Origin: Podarcis muralis
Lineage: Eukaryota
Direction: 5' to 3'
Assembly (NCBI RefSeq): GCF_964188315.1
Contig: NC_135655.1
Coordinates: forward strand, 46,748,001 to 46,812,000
Length of the DNA stretch: 64,000 nt
In this document: positions 61,291 through 64,000 of the stretch, piece by piece
Layout of the letters: each line of letters opens with the position of its first letter
Numbering within the stretch: the stretch's first letter is position 1
Notes under the pieces: generated by a model
Told to the model about the DNA's origin: nothing
The model's input: the letters and a program-made list of their open reading frames with translations, nothing else
Databases searched by the model: none
Made by a program: the position numbers and the translations under genes

Positions 61291-63072
61291 TGCTAATAGT
61301 GACAATTCATGGGTGATTGAGAATAAAGAAATGGAATTTATTTTTATATTAGGTTTTTAGATTCGTGATGTTTTGGAGGGAGCAGACAACACCCTAAAAT
61401 TGAAATTTTTAACCTCTCTCTTTAATTTAGACTGCACCCTTAGTCCAAGGCAAACTGTAAAGTGCCCGCTTTGGGTCCCAGGTGTGAAGAGACGCTCCCA
61501 AGTGTTTTGCCCTTTCCTCATTTGGAAGGGAACATTTCCTGATTGTTTAGTTGTTCTTTTCTGTATTTTTGCCTGATTCCCTTAGAAGTGGCACCCAGCA
61601 TGTTCTAAGTGAGAAGCACATTACAGCAGCGTTCAATCCCTTTCTTACCATTTGCCAACACACCATTGTTTGCTTTTCTTTGCTAGTGTGGCATATTGAG
61701 GGAATGTCAGAAGGGTCCTGGCTGGAAAGCCTGAAAGGGAAGCTCGGAAGAACAAATTGGTTTGTCGAAGATGACCCTGAAAGGATGACTTTTCATACAA
61801 AAAATAAAAATCAATCAGCTATTGGAGTTAAACCGTTTTGTGCTTGAGACACTGGAGACTGGCACACCCAGGACATGACTGAAGGGGCTATTTTGCTAAT
61901 CGATTCAGGCAAAAGAAATGGGCTCGCTTGCTCCACTTCAAAGCGGCAGCAATTACAAATGCCACTGTTGCTAAGTGCTCCTATTGTGCAACTGTGTCCC
62001 CCTCCCCACCCCAAAATCTGCTTGGTGTACCCTTAACGCAGCAGGAGAAAGGCAGCAATCAGCATCTGTTAAGTGGTAGTATACATCAAGCAACAGCTTT
62101 TAAAGAGAAACCTTTCTGAATTGCCACACAAACTGCAGGTCACAGTAGCTGGAGTGGGGCAGAGGCACCGCAGCTTAGTTTATTATGTTCTGTATTCAGC
62201 AGCACTATGGCAACACCAAGTGACAGCCGTGCTGTTTTTCTAATGGAAATTCACAAGCATCTTGCAAAGAGAAAAGCTATGGAAAGATTACCTTGAATGC
62301 CTTGTGGAGTTCAGTTTCCTCACTTGGCATCTAGAGACACTCTGTCCTTCCCTCCAGATTGCATTTAGGAAGTTACGTGGTACTTTATAAACCAAATTGT
62401 AGAGGAAAGCCAGTTGGAAAACTGCATTCACACACAAGAAAGATCTCAGTTGTGCAAATAAATAATTGACTTTCATTTTAAAGGACCAGATTCAACTAAC
62501 CTGGCGCACTAGCGGAAGCCAGCAGAAGGACTCCTGCTAGCTCAATAGGGCTTTCCCTCTTTCTCCAAATCTCTGGAGGGTTGGGCAGACCTCCAGAACA
62601 GGGCCGAGGGAGAAGCAGAGGGAGATTGTTCCATCTGGAAAACACATGCTTGTGCTGACAATCTTAGTGCAACAAATTCCACCCAAAGCCTTTCAACCAA
62701 GTCACACTCCCAGCAGGCTCACTTAAAATGAACTTACTCACATCTAAAGACCTATAAAGCTCAGGACCAGGTTGGTTGAGAAGAGACTGATTTATTATCC
62801 CTTATACACCCAGTGGATCACTGCTGTTCTAGCTATGACCTGGCACTCTATATGGGGCTGCCTTTGAAAAAGGCTAGGACACTGCATTTATTTGAGGATG
62901 GGGGGGGGGGGCTAGACTTGCAGGCAGTGGGCAGGTATGATGATGTTATGCCAGTTGCGCTTTCTTCAGCTCTTATTTCTGTCAAGCTGAAAGTCATGGT
63001 TTTCACCTTTAAAGCCCATTATAGTTTAGGACCTGAATCCTTGAAGAATTGGCTGCTTCTATATGTACCTAA

Positions 63073-63415
63073 AAGTAAAGGTAAAGGGACCCCTGACCAT
63101 TAGGTTCAGTCGTGACCGACTCGGGTTGCGGCGCTCATCTCGCTTTATTGGCCGAGGGAGCCGGCATACAGCTTCCAGGTCATGTGGCCAGCATGACTAA
63201 GCCTCTAAACCAGAGCAGCGCACGGAAACGCCATTTACCTTCCTGCCGGAGCGGTACCTATTTATCTACTTGCACTTTGATGTGCTTTTGAACTGCTAGG
63301 TTGGCAGGAGCTGGGACCGAACAATGGGAGCTCACCCCGTCGCGGGGATTCGAACTGCCGACCTTCTGATTGGCAAGTCCTAGGCTCTGTGGTTTAACCC
63401 ACAGGGCCACCCGCG
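63073..63415 (-). mobile_element. Sauria SINE inserted in an old L2 3' fragment (~62840-63560)
   Basis: (aaggta)n tail on + strand and head ...aacccacagggccacc; flanks read as L2 3' sequence on both sides. Confidence 0.82.
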
Positions 63416-64000
63416 GGCCTTTCTGTATGTGCCTACTTGTACTCAGAAGAGCTTCTTTTGAAGACCTCCTGCAGGTGCCCTGACAAGGTGAAGGTGAGAA
63501 GACAGGACCTTCTCAGTGGTGGTACCCCAGTTATGGAATGTTTTCTTCAGAGTGCTCTGGAAAAGGTTCCTCACCCCAGCTCTACCATGAACATGGCTCT
63601 TCTGAAACAAGACCACCAAATGACATTTTTTTCCCAGACAGAAAGAAACAGGACAGCATCTCATATTCCAGTTGAGGGGGGTCTCTCCTCCACCCCCCAA
63701 CTATTACCACAGGGTTACATAAGGACCATCTTTCCCTCACATGTCATGTATCTAGCATTAAAAAAAAATCTATGCTAGCATGTTTTTGCTCTTTTACAAT
63801 TTTAAGTGATGTTTATTGTTTTAATATATTCGGTTAACTGCTTGGGAGGTTCACCTGCAAAGCAGTGGAAAAGGACCTAAAACAAATGGTTAGACTATCT
63901 CAGTCCAAATCTCCAAATTCTCTTCCCCACCACTTGGGGGATGCCCTGGAATAAAAAAACAACAACAACTCAGCAAATTTCCCCTGAGTTTTCTCTCTGC

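Noticed and set aside
57476-64000. COX16, expected downstream from human synteny
   Set aside because: No COX16-like exon or CpG island recognised; it probably lies beyond the window.

Overview
Vertebrate genomic DNA from a squamate reptile, most likely a lacertid lizard (inferred from Sauria SINEs, BovB, lizard-type L2 and CAGTGGTACC-ended MITEs). The first ~47.5 kb hold a same-strand tandem array of single-exon ADAM20/ADAM21-type metalloproteinase-disintegrin genes. There are five open copies (A 4400-6598, B 18824-20941, D 30022-32106, E 38775-40955, G 45260-47431), one full-length pseudogene (C 23570-26035) and three fragments. The four-exon SYNJ2BP gene follows (CDS 51097-57475), the same neighbourhood as human ADAM20/21. 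The rest is nested transposable elements. The main signals are: (i) copy E is a multi-donor mosaic, about 99% identical to B over ~1.55 kb but different in a patch over the Cys-rich hypervariable region; (ii) a 1-nt frameshift in B's transmembrane segment yields a new poly-Leu anchor and removes the tail; (iii) disintegrin loops are hypervariable and lack the ECD glutamate; (iv) a conserved putative 5'-UTR intron and an X-box-like motif precede each copy; (v) two 5'-intact, TSD-bounded LINE derivatives lack much of their coding sequence. All alignments were done by eye and no database search was run. ADAM expansions at this locus may already be auto-annotated in lizard genomes, so novelty lies in the fine structure rather than the gene family.
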